The notes under the pieces were generated by a model. The model was given only the letters and a program-made list of their open reading frames with translations, had not been told where the DNA came from and did no database searches. Positions 26,316 through 36,552 of a stretch of DNA of 64,000 nucleotides are shown in pieces. The DNA is from Rickettsia typhi (GTDB lineage Bacteria; Pseudomonadota; Alphaproteobacteria; Rickettsiales; UBA1997), in assembly GCA_945865905.1 (NCBI GenBank), contig CAMBFC010000001.1, positions 174,127 to 238,126 on the forward strand. The letters are read 5' to 3'. Position numbers and translations under genes: made by a program. Each line of letters begins with the position of its first letter. Position 1 is the first letter of the stretch.

Positions 26316-27743
26316 TTATTTTGCATGATCCTGATTAATAAACCCCTTAACCGCATCAAATAAATCAAACAACGCATCGCGAATTTTTGCATCAAAACCA
26401 ATATTTTTTTTCGCCCATTCTTTTACCCAAGGGCGCGCAAGTTCCCAAATATTTAAATTAGGATCAAGCATAACTCCTACTCCCTCAACCAATAGCAGCG
26501 TTTTTTGCAACAATAATAAATCTGGCCTTGTATCCATTTGATATTCGCGCGTCATCTCAATTAAATGCGTTAACAATGATGCGAGAGAAATTTCTTTGAC
26601 TGAAGATCCAACAACTGTTTCGCCAATTTTTTGACAAGAAAGAGAAAGATCATATAAGTTGGTGCCTTTTGGAACAAGGCCCGCATCAATGTGCAACTTT
26701 GCCACTCTTTTATAATCTTTGTGCAAAAATCCGATGAAAATTTCTGCCACGGCGAGGCGAGTTTTTTTATCAATTTCGCCCATAATTCCAAAATCTACCA
26801 CAACAATATCGCCCGCTTTTGCGCCATTATGCAGATTTTGCACCGCATCATTTTTCATTAAAAATAAATTTCCCGGATGCATGTCGGCATGAAAAAATCC
26901 ATCAGAATAAACTTGCGTAAAATAGCTAATCACAAGGTTCTTCGCCACTAATTGTTTATCGAGAGAAGTATTGTGAATTGCTCGTTTATTAGAAAAAGGA
27001 ACGCCATTAATCCATTCACTAACCAAAATATTTGGCGTTGAAAATTTTAGAAAAATTTGCGGCACATAAAAACCTTGCAAATTTTTTAAATTATTTTTTA
27101 AACGCACTGCATTCGATGCTTCTTTTAATAAATTTAGCTCACTTTTTGTGGATTCTTTGAGAACAGAATTAATATCTTTTAAAGTTTTGGCGCTAAATTT
27201 TGAGAAGAGATATGCAAGGTTGGCGATCAGCTCAAGAGTAACAATATCACGGGCAACGATTCGTTTAATATTGGGACGAAGAATTTTTATTGCAACACTT
27301 TGCCAATGACCTTTTTTGCCATTTTGCTCACTATTTTGCTCATGATTTTTTTTGCTATCAAAATTTTTTGCATCGACATCTTCAATAAAAATTTTTGCTT
27401 TGTGAACTTGTGCAATTGATGCAGAGGCTTGTGCCACATAGTTAAAATCAATAAACTTTTTCTCAAAATTTTCACCAAATTCGCGGCGCAAAATCTTTTT
27501 TACTTTGCATGAAGAAAATGGCGGAAGGCGATCTTGAAAATGCGCTAGAGTTTCTGCCAAAGGCTCTCCAATTAGATCTGGTCTAGTTGAAAGGGCCTGC
27601 CCTAATTTAACAAAAGAAGGACCCGCAAGTTTTAAAAATAAATAAATTGCGCGCTTTTTTAAAAAAGGATAAAGCAGAAAAAATACACCAAACAGAGCTA
27701 TTAGACGGAATAAATTGAGGATTGAAATAACTAAAATAATCAC
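26316..27743 (-). CDS. ubiB: UbiB/ABC1-family atypical kinase (ubiquinone biosynthesis)
   Basis: FVKLGQALSTRPDLIG, ASIAQVH, HADMHPGNLF and DFGIMG motifs. Confidence 0.9.
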   Translation of the reverse strand: MIILVISILNLFRLIALFGVFFLLYPFLKKRAIYLFLKLAGPSFVKLGQALSTRPDLIGEPLAETLAHFQDRLPPFSSCKVKKILRREFGENFEKKFIDFNYVAQASASIAQVHKAKIFIEDVDAKNFDSKKNHEQNSEQNGKKGHWQSVAIKILRPNIKRIVARDIVTLELIANLAYLFSKFSAKTLKDINSVLKESTKSELNLLKEASNAVRLKNNLKNLQGFYVPQIFLKFSTPNILVSEWINGVPFSNKRAIHNTSLDKQLVAKNLVISYFTQVYSDGFFHADMHPGNLFLMKNDAVQNLHNGAKAGDIVVVDFGIMGEIDKKTRLAVAEIFIGFLHKDYKRVAKLHIDAGLVPKGTNLYDLSLSCQKIGETVVGSSVKEISLASLLTHLIEMTREYQMDTRPDLLLLQKTLLLVEGVGVMLDPNLNIWELARPWVKEWAKKNIGFDAKIRDALFDLFDAVKGFINQDHAK

Positions 27744-27781
27744 CGTTGCAATTTGACTTTATTTTATGACAACAGCAATCA

Positions 27782-28156
27782 CTATTTTGCTGGATTTGGC
27801 ATGGCACTGCCTGCGGCATCTAAACCAGCTGGATGCTGATTTACATCAATCTTGATTTTATTAAGATCAACTTCAACGCCAGCCCAACCGAGCAACTTGC
27901 TCAGCAATTGCGAAATGATATCGAGAATGTTTCCTGTAAGTTCTTGCACTCTAGAAACTACGAGCTTAAAGGCACTTCCTGCTTCAGGAGATAAATGAAG
28001 GATTGTGATGGTTTCATCAACTGTAATAATGTTTAAAACTAACATCACAAATAATAGCGAAAATGCTGTAGAGGCAAACACTAGAAAGGTTCGCAATGTG
28101 AAGAACGCTATTAAATCATTCATAAATTCGATTTTAATTGATCTGTTAATCTTCAA
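27782..28156 (-). CDS. Hypothetical small membrane protein
   Basis: 124 aa with one clear TM segment (FLVFASTAFSLLFVMLVLNII). No family recognised. Overlaps the rsmA stop region. Confidence 0.4.
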   Translation of the reverse strand: MKINRSIKIEFMNDLIAFFTLRTFLVFASTAFSLLFVMLVLNIITVDETITILHLSPEAGSAFKLVVSRVQELTGNILDIISQLLSKLLGWAGVEVDLNKIKIDVNQHPAGLDAAGSAMPNPAK

Positions 28157-29000
28157 TCACATTAGAGTTAGATGTTTTATTTTCAACAAATTTCGCTAGC
28201 TGACAAAATTGCTGTATCGTCAAATTTTCGGCGCGCAAATTTTCGGCGATATCGCATTTTTTTAACGCCTCGCTAGTATCACAAATAAAAGGGAAATTTT
28301 TGAGCGACGATTTTATCATTTTGCGGCGCTGCCCAAATGCTGCAGCAACAAGTTTTTCTAATTTTTCAAACTCGATATTGTGTGACAAATTTTTATCAGG
28401 AACAATTTGCACAATCGCCGAAGTAACTTTTGGCGGCGGCACAAAAACCATGCGACTCACCGTAAAAAGCATTTTGCTTTGCGCCAAATGATTTGCCATC
28501 ACCGCTAACCTGCCGTAATGCTCTGTGCTTGGCTTGGCAACGATTCGATCAACTACTTCTTTTTGTAACATTAAAGTCATCGAAGTAATTTTTGGCGCAA
28601 TTTTTAGCCATTTAATTAATAAAACCGTGCCAATATTATAGGGCAAATTAGCGATTATTTTTATTTTTCCTTTGCCAGAAAATAATTTTTCTTCATCAAT
28701 TTTTAACGCATCGGCGCTGATTATTTCTAAGCGATCACCATAAAATTCTTTAAGTTCGGCAAGCGCAGCTAGGCATCTTTCATCTTTTTCAATTACTGTG
28801 AGTTTTTTTGCGCCAGCATCTAAGATTGAGCGAGTGAGGCTTCCGGGGCCGGGGCCGATTTCTAATACCTCACATTCGCTTAAATCACCAGCGGATCTAG
28901 CGATTTTATCTGTGACATTTTTATCAAGAATAAAATTCTGCCCGAGGGATTTTTTTGCGTCTAGGCCGTATTTTTTTATTAGTTCGGATGTTGAAAGCAT
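28146..29000 (-). CDS. rsmA: 16S rRNA (adenine1518/1519-N6)-dimethyltransferase
   Basis: SLGQNFILD, VLEIGPGPGSLT and ANLPYNI motifs. The start is taken at MLSTSELIKKYG. The track ORF (to 29123) extends into repeat copy B. Confidence 0.9.
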   Translation of the reverse strand: MLSTSELIKKYGLDAKKSLGQNFILDKNVTDKIARSAGDLSECEVLEIGPGPGSLTRSILDAGAKKLTVIEKDERCLAALAELKEFYGDRLEIISADALKIDEEKLFSGKGKIKIIANLPYNIGTVLLIKWLKIAPKITSMTLMLQKEVVDRIVAKPSTEHYGRLAVMANHLAQSKMLFTVSRMVFVPPPKVTSAIVQIVPDKNLSHNIEFEKLEKLVAAAFGQRRKMIKSSLKNFPFICDTSEALKKCDIAENLRAENLTIQQFCQLAKFVENKTSNSNVIED

Positions 29001-29094
29001 GTTGTATTGGGTTGTTGAAAACTTTATGCTTTCAAAATATTGTTGCAACCAGTTATTTAAATCACAAGGAATTAGGAAGAGACAAAAAAAACTT

Positions 29095-29242
29095 AAAGAA
29101 AGGCTTAAGAGCTTTACTGGCAAGGCTCTGAGCCGAGTTCCATTTTTATTGCAGGCTACGCTTGCTTTAAATCAAATAAAAAGGGTGTCTGAGCAGCAGA
29201 GCCTTGCCAGTCAAGCTCTTCAGCCGAGGGCGAGATCTATAA
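29095..29242 (+). repeat. Nested palindromic element, copy B (core 29131..29196)
   Basis: The core matches the reverse complement of the copy A core at 64/66 positions. Middle arms are TTACTGGCAAGGCTCTG and CAGAGCCTTGCCAGTCAA. Outer conserved ends are GAAAGGCTTAAGAGCT and AGCTCTTCAGCCGAGGGCGAGATCTATAA. Confidence 0.85.
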
Positions 29243-29329
29243 GCAAAAGAAGATTACAAAATCCTTTTAAACCAAAAAAGGCGAGGCCACAAAACGCACC
29301 TCGCCTTCTCTAAAAAAATATAAAAACTT

Positions 29330-30445
29330 TTACGCCAATAAACCTTCAGGCGCAACAAACGAGTGCCCAAGGGCATCCGCAACTGCTTTATAACAAACTT
29401 TTCCATCAATAACATTCAAGCCATTGCGCAAGTGCTTATCATCAAGCAAAGCCTTTTTAAAGCCTTTATTTGCAAGAGCCAAAGAGAATGGCAAAGTAGA
29501 ATTTTCTAGCGCTTGAGTAGAAGTGCGCGCAACTGCCCCTGGCATGTTGGTAACGCAATAATGCACAACACCATCAACGGCGTAAGTTGGATTGCTATGT
29601 GAAGTTGGTTTGCTGGTTTCAAAACATCCACCTTGATCGATTGAAATATCAACCATAACTGAACCTTTTTTCATTTTTTTAACCATTGCTGCCGTAACTA
29701 ATTTTGGCGCAGCTGCACCAGGAATTAGAACCGCACCAACCACAACATCAGCGTCAAGAACGCTTTTTTCGATATTAGCCGTTGAAGCATAAAGAACCTC
29801 AGCTGAATTGCCAAAAATATCGCACAAATAACGGATTCTTGCAAGTGAGCGATCAAGAATAATAACTTCTGCGCCCATACCGATAGCCACTTTCGCAGCG
29901 TTAGTACCAGAAACGCCGCCACCAAGAACTACAACTTTGCCACGAGCAACCCCCGGAACGCCGCCAAGAAGGATTCCGCGTCCGCCTTGAGCTTTTTCTA
30001 GAGCACGCGCTCCTGCTTGAATTGAAAGTTTGCCCGCAACTTCGCTCATTGGAGCAAGAAGTGGCAATGAACGATCTTCAGCGCTGACAGTTTCAAACGC
30101 AACCGCTACGCAGCCAGATTTGATCAGCAATTCGGTAAGTTCTGGTTCTGCAGCTAAGTGCAAATAAGAGAAAATAATTTGGCCTTTGCGAATGATTGAA
30201 CATTCAGCTTTTTGTGGCTCTTTAACTTTGAGAATCATTTCAGCTTGGCCATAAACATCAGCGGCTGAGGCCACGATTTTAGCGCCTGCAGCAACATATT
30301 GATCATCAGTAAAATCGATTGCGGTGCCAGCATCTTTTTGCACAAGAACTTGGTGGCCAGCGTTTACTAGCTCACGAACTCCGGCAGGAGTAGCGCCAAC
30401 ACGATATTCGTGATCTTTTATTTCTTTAGGAATTCCGATTAACAT
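29330..30445 (-). CDS. ald: Alanine dehydrogenase
   Basis: [18 protein letters not shown]-terminus, the [13 protein letters not shown]-binding loop and a length of 371 aa. Confidence 0.9.
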   Translation of the reverse strand: MLIGIPKEIKDHEYRVGATPAGVRELVNAGHQVLVQKDAGTAIDFTDDQYVAAGAKIVASAADVYGQAEMILKVKEPQKAECSIIRKGQIIFSYLHLAAEPELTELLIKSGCVAVAFETVSAEDRSLPLLAPMSEVAGKLSIQAGARALEKAQGGRGILLGGVPGVARGKVVVLGGGVSGTNAAKVAIGMGAEVIILDRSLARIRYLCDIFGNSAEVLYASTANIEKSVLDADVVVGAVLIPGAAAPKLVTAAMVKKMKKGSVMVDISIDQGGCFETSKPTSHSNPTYAVDGVVHYCVTNMPGAVARTSTQALENSTLPFSLALANKGFKKALLDDKHLRNGLNVIDGKVCYKAVADALGHSFVAPEGLLA

Positions 30446-30464
30446 AGTGATAATTTTAAGTTAG

Positions 30465-31091
30465 TTAATTTATGTTAGAAAGCTTGATAATCTTGCTTTC
30501 AGACGATGTTAAGCTAGGAAAAAGTTCGTAAGAGAAGGAGAATTGAGTTTTAGCAATTTCAAGTTCTTGTTCGAGATTTTTTCCCTTGAGAAACAGCGCA
30601 TAACCGTCATTTTTAAGGAATTTTTTACTATAAGCAAGCAATTTATCAAGGCTGGCTAAAGCGCGCGAAGTTATAACATCGAACTTACGCTCAGCTAGCT
30701 CTTCAAGCTTTGCTTGATGGATAAAAATTCGCTCAGGAGATAATAATTTTGCTTTGCGCAAAAATTCGCATTTGCGAAAAGATTTTTCGACCAAGTGCAT
30801 TTCTTTGACTCCCAAAACTGATAACACAAAACCGGGAAAACCAGCGCCAGAGCCAAAATCTGCCACTTTAATATTTTTATCCGGAATATATTGCAGCAAC
30901 TGCGCCGAATCAAAAATATGACGATTCCACGCATCATCGATGGTTGATTTTCCGATTAAATTAAATTGCGTGGTTTCTTGTAAAAGCAAAATAATAAAAT
31001 CTTCTAACGCCTTTATTTGCGGCAAAGTTAAGTTGTGAAACTTTTTAATTTGAGCGATTGTAGCTTGTTGTTTTTGTTCAAAAATTGTCAT
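30465..31091 (-). CDS. rsmG: 16S rRNA (guanine527-N7)-methyltransferase
   Basis: DFGSGAGFPG SAM-binding motif and a GidB-like length and layout. Confidence 0.85.
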   Translation of the reverse strand: MTIFEQKQQATIAQIKKFHNLTLPQIKALEDFIILLLQETTQFNLIGKSTIDDAWNRHIFDSAQLLQYIPDKNIKVADFGSGAGFPGFVLSVLGVKEMHLVEKSFRKCEFLRKAKLLSPERIFIHQAKLEELAERKFDVITSRALASLDKLLAYSKKFLKNDGYALFLKGKNLEQELEIAKTQFSFSYELFPSLTSSESKIIKLSNIN

Positions 31092-31096
31092 TTTAA

Positions 31097-34000
31097 TTAT
31101 TTTCTTTCGGTTGTTCTGTCTGTTTGATTTAGTGGTAATCCCGCAGGATCTTTGAGGTTTTGAGGGGGAGGAGCCTCTTCTATATCTGAAAGGGTTGGAC
31201 TGCTAGTGCTCCAGCCTGGCGCTGGAGAGCGGGGGCCGTCTATATTTGGATCGTAGTTTTGACCGTCATTGTCAAACCCATCAAGAGCGGCTTGAAATCT
31301 TGCGCGCGAATCAAGACTATTAGATAACGGGTCTACCACCGAACCTGAACTACTACTTCTAGCCATTGCTGCTCCTGCGGGTAGATCATCAACGCGCGAC
31401 TCTGCCACCACTACTTGACCATCTCGATCTCGCTGCATCATATCTGTTTGAGGTGCTGCCTCCAAGGGGCCACCCATCGGCCCTAATTCTACATCGGCAG
31501 TCTCTACTCGATACACTGTTTCTGGAAACACTCTATTTCTATCAGGACGATTTCTTAAATATTTTATGGTAACGCCAGCTGCAACAAGAGCAGCTGCTAA
31601 TGAGACGGTTATAGTAGGCACCAATACAGATGCTTCGGCATTGCCTCCGTCGTTATTAGGTGGACTTTTTGATGTGCTAGAAATTGGATCTTCCGTTGTA
31701 ATAGGATCGGATTGCGCTTTAGTAGTTGGAGTATTTGAAGCTGTTGGAGTAGTTGGAGCCGTTGGAGCCGTTGCAACAACAGTGCTTGCGCTTCTGGTAT
31801 ATGTTGTAACAGAATAGGTTGCGGTGGCGGTATCATAAGAATCTGGGCTCGATTGAGAAATCGAACTCGATTGAGAAGTTGGTCGCAAAGTTGCGGCGGT
31901 CGAAGTGTCGGGCTGCGTCGCCAAAGTGCTTGCAACGGTCGCTGGATCTGATTGCGAATCTGACTTTGAGGTTGAAAAAGTTGAAGAATCTGCGGTTGGA
32001 GATGAAGCTGAAGATAAACTAGAAGTGGTATCAGAAACTGAATTTGAAATTGAACTTGATTGAGAAGTTGGCTGCAAAGTTGCGGCGGCCGAAGTATCGG
32101 GCTGCGTTACCGAAGTGCTTGCAACACTCGCCGGAACTTCTGTAGTTACAACCTGCAACTGCGATATAAGATTGGCAACAAACTCTTGATTTTCTCCATA
32201 AAATGTAATATTGGTGTTTCCCGGAAAAATCGCTTTAACCGAAGCAACACCATCAACATCAACCATTTCAGTAACAACCGATTGCGCATTGATCGGCTGT
32301 GGAAAAAAAAGCTTCGCATTGCCGCCCTGATTAACCATTGTATAGCTTGCATTTGCCGCAAAAACAATATTGGCGCCCTGAACTGAAGGCGGAACTATTA
32401 TTATAGTAGAATGACCAGCAATTGCTTGATCGCCACTAAAAGAATTTGCAACATAGGTTTCATTATTCGCAATAGAATAAGCTCTTATATTTTCGATATC
32501 GGTTCTTATTCCATTAGGATTAGAAAAAGTTGCGGCGGTGATAACATTTCCGTTAGCAGATATTTCGTTAAAACCAACGACAACCTGACTATTTGCTGGC
32601 GTCTCTAAGGCGGGATGATCGGCCAATGGGCTTGATGTGATTGATAAATCTGTGGCATTTACTAGATATCCATCCTGCGGTACTCCACCTTTGCTAAAGG
32701 CAGCAAAAACATTATTACCTTCTGGCACAACGCCATTCACTGCTATTGTGCGACGAACTCTGGAAAAAACTGAGCTTCGAATGCCAGCATTAATTTCTCT
32801 AAATCCAGCAATAATTTTACCATCTTGAGAAACAGCCATAACCACCCCAGCGGTTTCTGCTGTGCCAATATCATAAACAACAGCCGCCTCTACATTGCCA
32901 TCTGGCAATGGTCTGGTAGAAAAATCAGTAATAGTGAAGGTTCCTGCCGATATTGATTCTGTGTTATTTGTTGGTATTGCAGTATCTGTTGAGCCAACGG
33001 GGCCAGTATTTGCAATCGAAAAAAGCACATTATCTTGAGCCGCTAAATGAACGCCACTCGCGGTATAAAATTGTTGCACTAATTGTGGCAGACCATCAGC
33101 GCCAGTTACTTTGGCAATAGTGTAAAAATTGCCACTGCTTGCTTTGTAAAGCTGCATATTTCCATCATAACCAACCGCATCAGGTTGCGCTGTGGCACTG
33201 TGAACATATGGCGCATTGGTAACAAATGCTGGCGTTGCAGGAAAAATTCCTAGAACATTCGCCACCGAATTTGATGCAGCTGGATCAGGGCTTAGGCCCT
33301 CAATTGCGATACTACCGCCATTTAATGCCCCGCTACCAAAAAGCGTCACACTATCTGCGTTTAGCACTAGATTGATTGCTGGCGATAACAAGCTGAAGGT
33401 ATTATTGCTTGCGGCACTCTGATAGGCTGCACCACTCAACGGTACTCCGTTAACAGATAACACGACCTGCGCTACACCAGAGGGAATTATTAAAGTAGAT
33501 TCACCTACTATACCATTTGCAGTGGCATTAACTTGAAAATTTACTGCAAAATTAGGATCGGTTAATCCGCTATTTTCAGCTATCGCGGTTAGATTAACAT
33601 TTTCAGGCATTTGTGCGTTCACGCTAATGATGTTGCCATTAACTTGAGCGAGCAATAATGGCACATCTTTTCTTGTGCGCTCTTTTTTATTCGCTGCTTG
33701 ACTAACAGCAACAGGTTGTGGCGTTGCGAGTTCTATCTTAGTTTTTGGGGCTTCTACAGGGGCTTCTACAAAATATGAGCTAGCTTGGTTTATTGCACCT
33801 TGCACAGCTTTTCTTATTTCACTTGCAACATTAGCTGCTATTTCTAACCAAGAACGCTGATTTGCGGCTTCTTCAGCAGCTTTTTTAGCGGCTTCTTTAG
33901 CGGCTACACGCTCAGCTTGAGCGGCTTTTTTTCCAACTCTTTGCTCTGCCAATCTTTCTTCTCTGGATTTTTCATGTTCGAATGGTTCTTCTCTTGGTTG

Positions 34001-34165
34001 CCCATGCCTATTAAGACCACCACCAAATTGAGTTAATGGCCCCAAACCATGAGGGACATTAACAGGAAAGTTCTGCACTCTCGTAGGTTGTTGCGGCAAA
34101 ACTGCTGGCGGAGCATATGAAGGGGGGGCCGTTACACCACGAGCAACAGGAAAATTATCGGTCAT
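31097..34165 (-). CDS. Large orphan protein, paralog 1: ~500-aa conserved domain, Ser/Thr-rich stalk, single TM helix, Pro-rich tail
   Basis: Collinear similarity to ORF 34279..36585 (LVQQFYTASG vs LVQRFFTATG; IIIVPPSVQGANIVFAANASYTMVNQGG vs IIIIPPSVVGAVITFVANAAANITYTLVNQGG). TM segment VLVPTITVSLAAALVAAGVTI followed by KYLRNRPDRNR. The likely start is MTDNFPV at 34165 (track ORF extends to 34231). Confidence 0.7.
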   Translation of the reverse strand: MTDNFPVARGVTAPPSYAPPAVLPQQPTRVQNFPVNVPHGLGPLTQFGGGLNRHGQPREEPFEHEKSREERLAEQRVGKKAAQAERVAAKEAAKKAAEEAANQRSWLEIAANVASEIRKAVQGAINQASSYFVEAPVEAPKTKIELATPQPVAVSQAANKKERTRKDVPLLLAQVNGNIISVNAQMPENVNLTAIAENSGLTDPNFAVNFQVNATANGIVGESTLIIPSGVAQVVLSVNGVPLSGAAYQSAASNNTFSLLSPAINLVLNADSVTLFGSGALNGGSIAIEGLSPDPAASNSVANVLGIFPATPAFVTNAPYVHSATAQPDAVGYDGNMQLYKASSGNFYTIAKVTGADGLPQLVQQFYTASGVHLAAQDNVLFSIANTGPVGSTDTAIPTNNTESISAGTFTITDFSTRPLPDGNVEAAVVYDIGTAETAGVVMAVSQDGKIIAGFREINAGIRSSVFSRVRRTIAVNGVVPEGNNVFAAFSKGGVPQDGYLVNATDLSITSSPLADHPALETPANSQVVVGFNEISANGNVITAATFSNPNGIRTDIENIRAYSIANNETYVANSFSGDQAIAGHSTIIIVPPSVQGANIVFAANASYTMVNQGGNAKLFFPQPINAQSVVTEMVDVDGVASVKAIFPGNTNITFYGENQEFVANLISQLQVVTTEVPASVASTSVTQPDTSAAATLQPTSQSSSISNSVSDTTSSLSSASSPTADSSTFSTSKSDSQSDPATVASTLATQPDTSTAATLRPTSQSSSISQSSPDSYDTATATYSVTTYTRSASTVVATAPTAPTTPTASNTPTTKAQSDPITTEDPISSTSKSPPNNDGGNAEASVLVPTITVSLAAALVAAGVTIKYLRNRPDRNRVFPETVYRVETADVELGPMGGPLEAAPQTDMMQRDRDGQVVVAESRVDDLPAGAAMARSSSSGSVVDPLSNSLDSRARFQAALDGFDNDGQNYDPNIDGPRSPAPGWSTSSPTLSDIEEAPPPQNLKDPAGLPLNQTDRTTERK

Positions 34166-34278
34166 AAATTTATTACAAAAAATTATAAAAAATACATTTG
34201 AAACAGTTTCAAATGACAAATTAAAAATCAATAAACAAGATAGCTCAATGATTTAGGCTTTATATCAAGTTTATTTGA

Positions 34279-36552
34279 TTAAACTCGTGACTCGTGATTA
34301 CGCTCATTACTTGCCACTAATTTATTCGCTGCTGGTACTCGCAATGGTGGCAATTCGTTCCTTGGCTGTTGCAAAACAGCTTGAGGTGGTGGCAATGCCG
34401 CGGCATCTTGTTGATCTGGCTGCGGCTCTGGAGCAAAAGCGTTAGTGCGAGACCTAGGCGGTTGTAGCCTATCTTGCACAGGAGACAATTCGACAGCTTG
34501 TTGATCTGGCTGCGGCTCTGGAGCAACAGCGTTAGTGCGAGACCTAAATTTATTGTAAAGCCACGCCCCACCCATAATAGCGAGAACACCGCCAATAACA
34601 CCACCTATAACATATGGATTGACAGATGAGGAAGGATTCGGACTTGGACCTGCAATAGTAGTAGCGGCAGGCGCCAGAGTTGTGTTAGGCAGAGCCACAA
34701 TTGTGGGCAATGCTGTTAATTCACGAGTTGCGCTTTCAGTAGTATCGGGGCGCTGCGTAGAAGTGCTTTGACTGGTCTCGATAGAAGGATCAGCCGAAAC
34801 CCCTCCTTTTGAGGTACTTGGATTTTGCGTAGAAGATGCTATCGAGCTGCAATCGTTAAGCTGCGCCACAAGATCAGTGACTATATCCACACCTTGCCCA
34901 ACAAAGATAATATTAGCGCCGCCAAAATGAACCACTGATGACGGAGCGCCATCAATATTAACCGCATCAATGATTGGATTTTGAGTATCAATCCCAGAAA
35001 AACAATAAGAAGCCCCGCCACCCTGATTAACCAAAGTATAGGTAATATTAGCAGCAGCATTTGCAACAAAAGTGATTACGGCCCCAACAACAGAAGGAGG
35101 AATGATAATAATTGGCAAATCATCACTCGCCTCATTTGCAACAACATATTCTTCGCCATTTTCAATAACATGAACTTCACAACCCGCAATTTCTTCTAGC
35201 GCAGTAGTGTTAGAAAATTGCCCAATAGTTACTCTTCCTCCAGCAGAACTAGCAGAACTATAGCCATCAATAGCGATCTGGTTATTTTCTACAGGCAATA
35301 ATACTTGATGATCTGCGACAAGGCTTTGCTCTATTAAACCCGCTGTTGCATTATAAAATATTCCTTCCGCGGGCGAATTTCCGCGTCGGCTAAAAGCCGC
35401 AAAAAAATTATGGCTATCTGGATCTACCGCATTAGCTTCTGCGCCCACTAGAGCAATTTTGCGCTGCAAGAAATTAAAAGCGGTTGATGTAGCAGGAAAA
35501 CTAACATCTCGCGCGCCAGCAGTCATGTTTCCCATTTGATCAATAACCATAGAAATTCCACCAGTTTCTACAATGCCGCGATTGTAAGTTGCGGCAATAC
35601 CTATTGCGCCATTAGATAATTGTCGCGCAGCAAAATTAGTGATCGCAAATCCTGCAAAATCAGTATTATTCATTGGGATATCTTGCTCTGCTACTCCAGT
35701 TGGATTAGGTCCTGAATTGACATAAGTAATAATATCGCGCTGCAGCTCTGGCATTGGCGCACCAGTTGCGGTAAAAAATCTTTGCACTAATCGCGGCGCA
35801 TCGCCACTATTATCTATAGCAAAGGTAGAAAAAGTGCCATCTAGGTTGCTAAATAGCTGCGCATTTGTATCAAAATTTTGTGATTGATCTATCGTGAATT
35901 GTCTTTTATAAAGCACATCAACAGTATAATCTTGAATTGCTGGCAAAACTCCTAAACAATTTACAATAGAATTGGGGCTTGCGGGAATAGAATCCAAACC
36001 AAAAATTCTGATAGAACTATTATCAATCTGCGCACTACCGCTATTAGCAAATATTGCACCGCCATCACTATTTAACAGCAAAGTAGTTGGTGAATTAGTA
36101 AAAGGAAAACTGCCACTATCTCTATCATCTGAACAAACAACGCCACTTAGCGAAACTCCATTAACAGTTAAAGCAAGAGGCGAGCCATTATTAGGACATG
36201 TTAAATTAAGCTTGCCAACAATGCCTTGGCTGCCATCTTGATTAAAATAGTCAAAGTTAAAAAAACATATTTTTTCTTTTTCTACACCAAAAGCCTCAGC
36301 TATTTGACCTAAATCAAAAGAATTTTCAAGAATTGTTTCGTTGCGATAAAATCTGATATTAAAAACATCACTACCATCATTATTTGGCGCGACTAAAGAA
36401 CCACCTTCAATGTTAACTCTTTCGCCATTAAGAGAAATAAACAGATTATCATATCTACTCAAATCTGTTCTGCGCACCGCAGTAATTGGTGATCTAATCA
36501 AGCGAACAAATGCAGCCGCAGCACGACTGATATATCCAGAAGGTATATCCAT
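34279..36552 (-). CDS. Large orphan protein, paralog 2: same architecture
   Basis: Same conserved domain, a Ser/Thr/Pro stalk, TM segment VIGGVIGGVLAIMGGAWLY followed by NKFRSR, and a duplicated 30-aa tail repeat. The likely start is MDIPSGY (track ORF extends to 36585). Confidence 0.7.
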   Translation of the reverse strand: MDIPSGYISRAAAAFVRLIRSPITAVRRTDLSRYDNLFISLNGERVNIEGGSLVAPNNDGSDVFNIRFYRNETILENSFDLGQIAEAFGVEKEKICFFNFDYFNQDGSQGIVGKLNLTCPNNGSPLALTVNGVSLSGVVCSDDRDSGSFPFTNSPTTLLLNSDGGAIFANSGSAQIDNSSIRIFGLDSIPASPNSIVNCLGVLPAIQDYTVDVLYKRQFTIDQSQNFDTNAQLFSNLDGTFSTFAIDNSGDAPRLVQRFFTATGAPMPELQRDIITYVNSGPNPTGVAEQDIPMNNTDFAGFAITNFAARQLSNGAIGIAATYNRGIVETGGISMVIDQMGNMTAGARDVSFPATSTAFNFLQRKIALVGAEANAVDPDSHNFFAAFSRRGNSPAEGIFYNATAGLIEQSLVADHQVLLPVENNQIAIDGYSSASSAGGRVTIGQFSNTTALEEIAGCEVHVIENGEEYVVANEASDDLPIIIIPPSVVGAVITFVANAAANITYTLVNQGGGASYCFSGIDTQNPIIDAVNIDGAPSSVVHFGGANIIFVGQGVDIVTDLVAQLNDCSSIASSTQNPSTSKGGVSADPSIETSQSTSTQRPDTTESATRELTALPTIVALPNTTLAPAATTIAGPSPNPSSSVNPYVIGGVIGGVLAIMGGAWLYNKFRSRTNAVAPEPQPDQQAVELSPVQDRLQPPRSRTNAFAPEPQPDQQDAAALPPPQAVLQQPRNELPPLRVPAANKLVASNERNHESRV

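Noticed and set aside
28798-29313. The 171-aa + strand ORF spanning repeat copy B and the rsmA 5' region
   Set aside because: It is antisense to rsmA and reads through the palindromic element, with no recognisable family. It is a shadow ORF.
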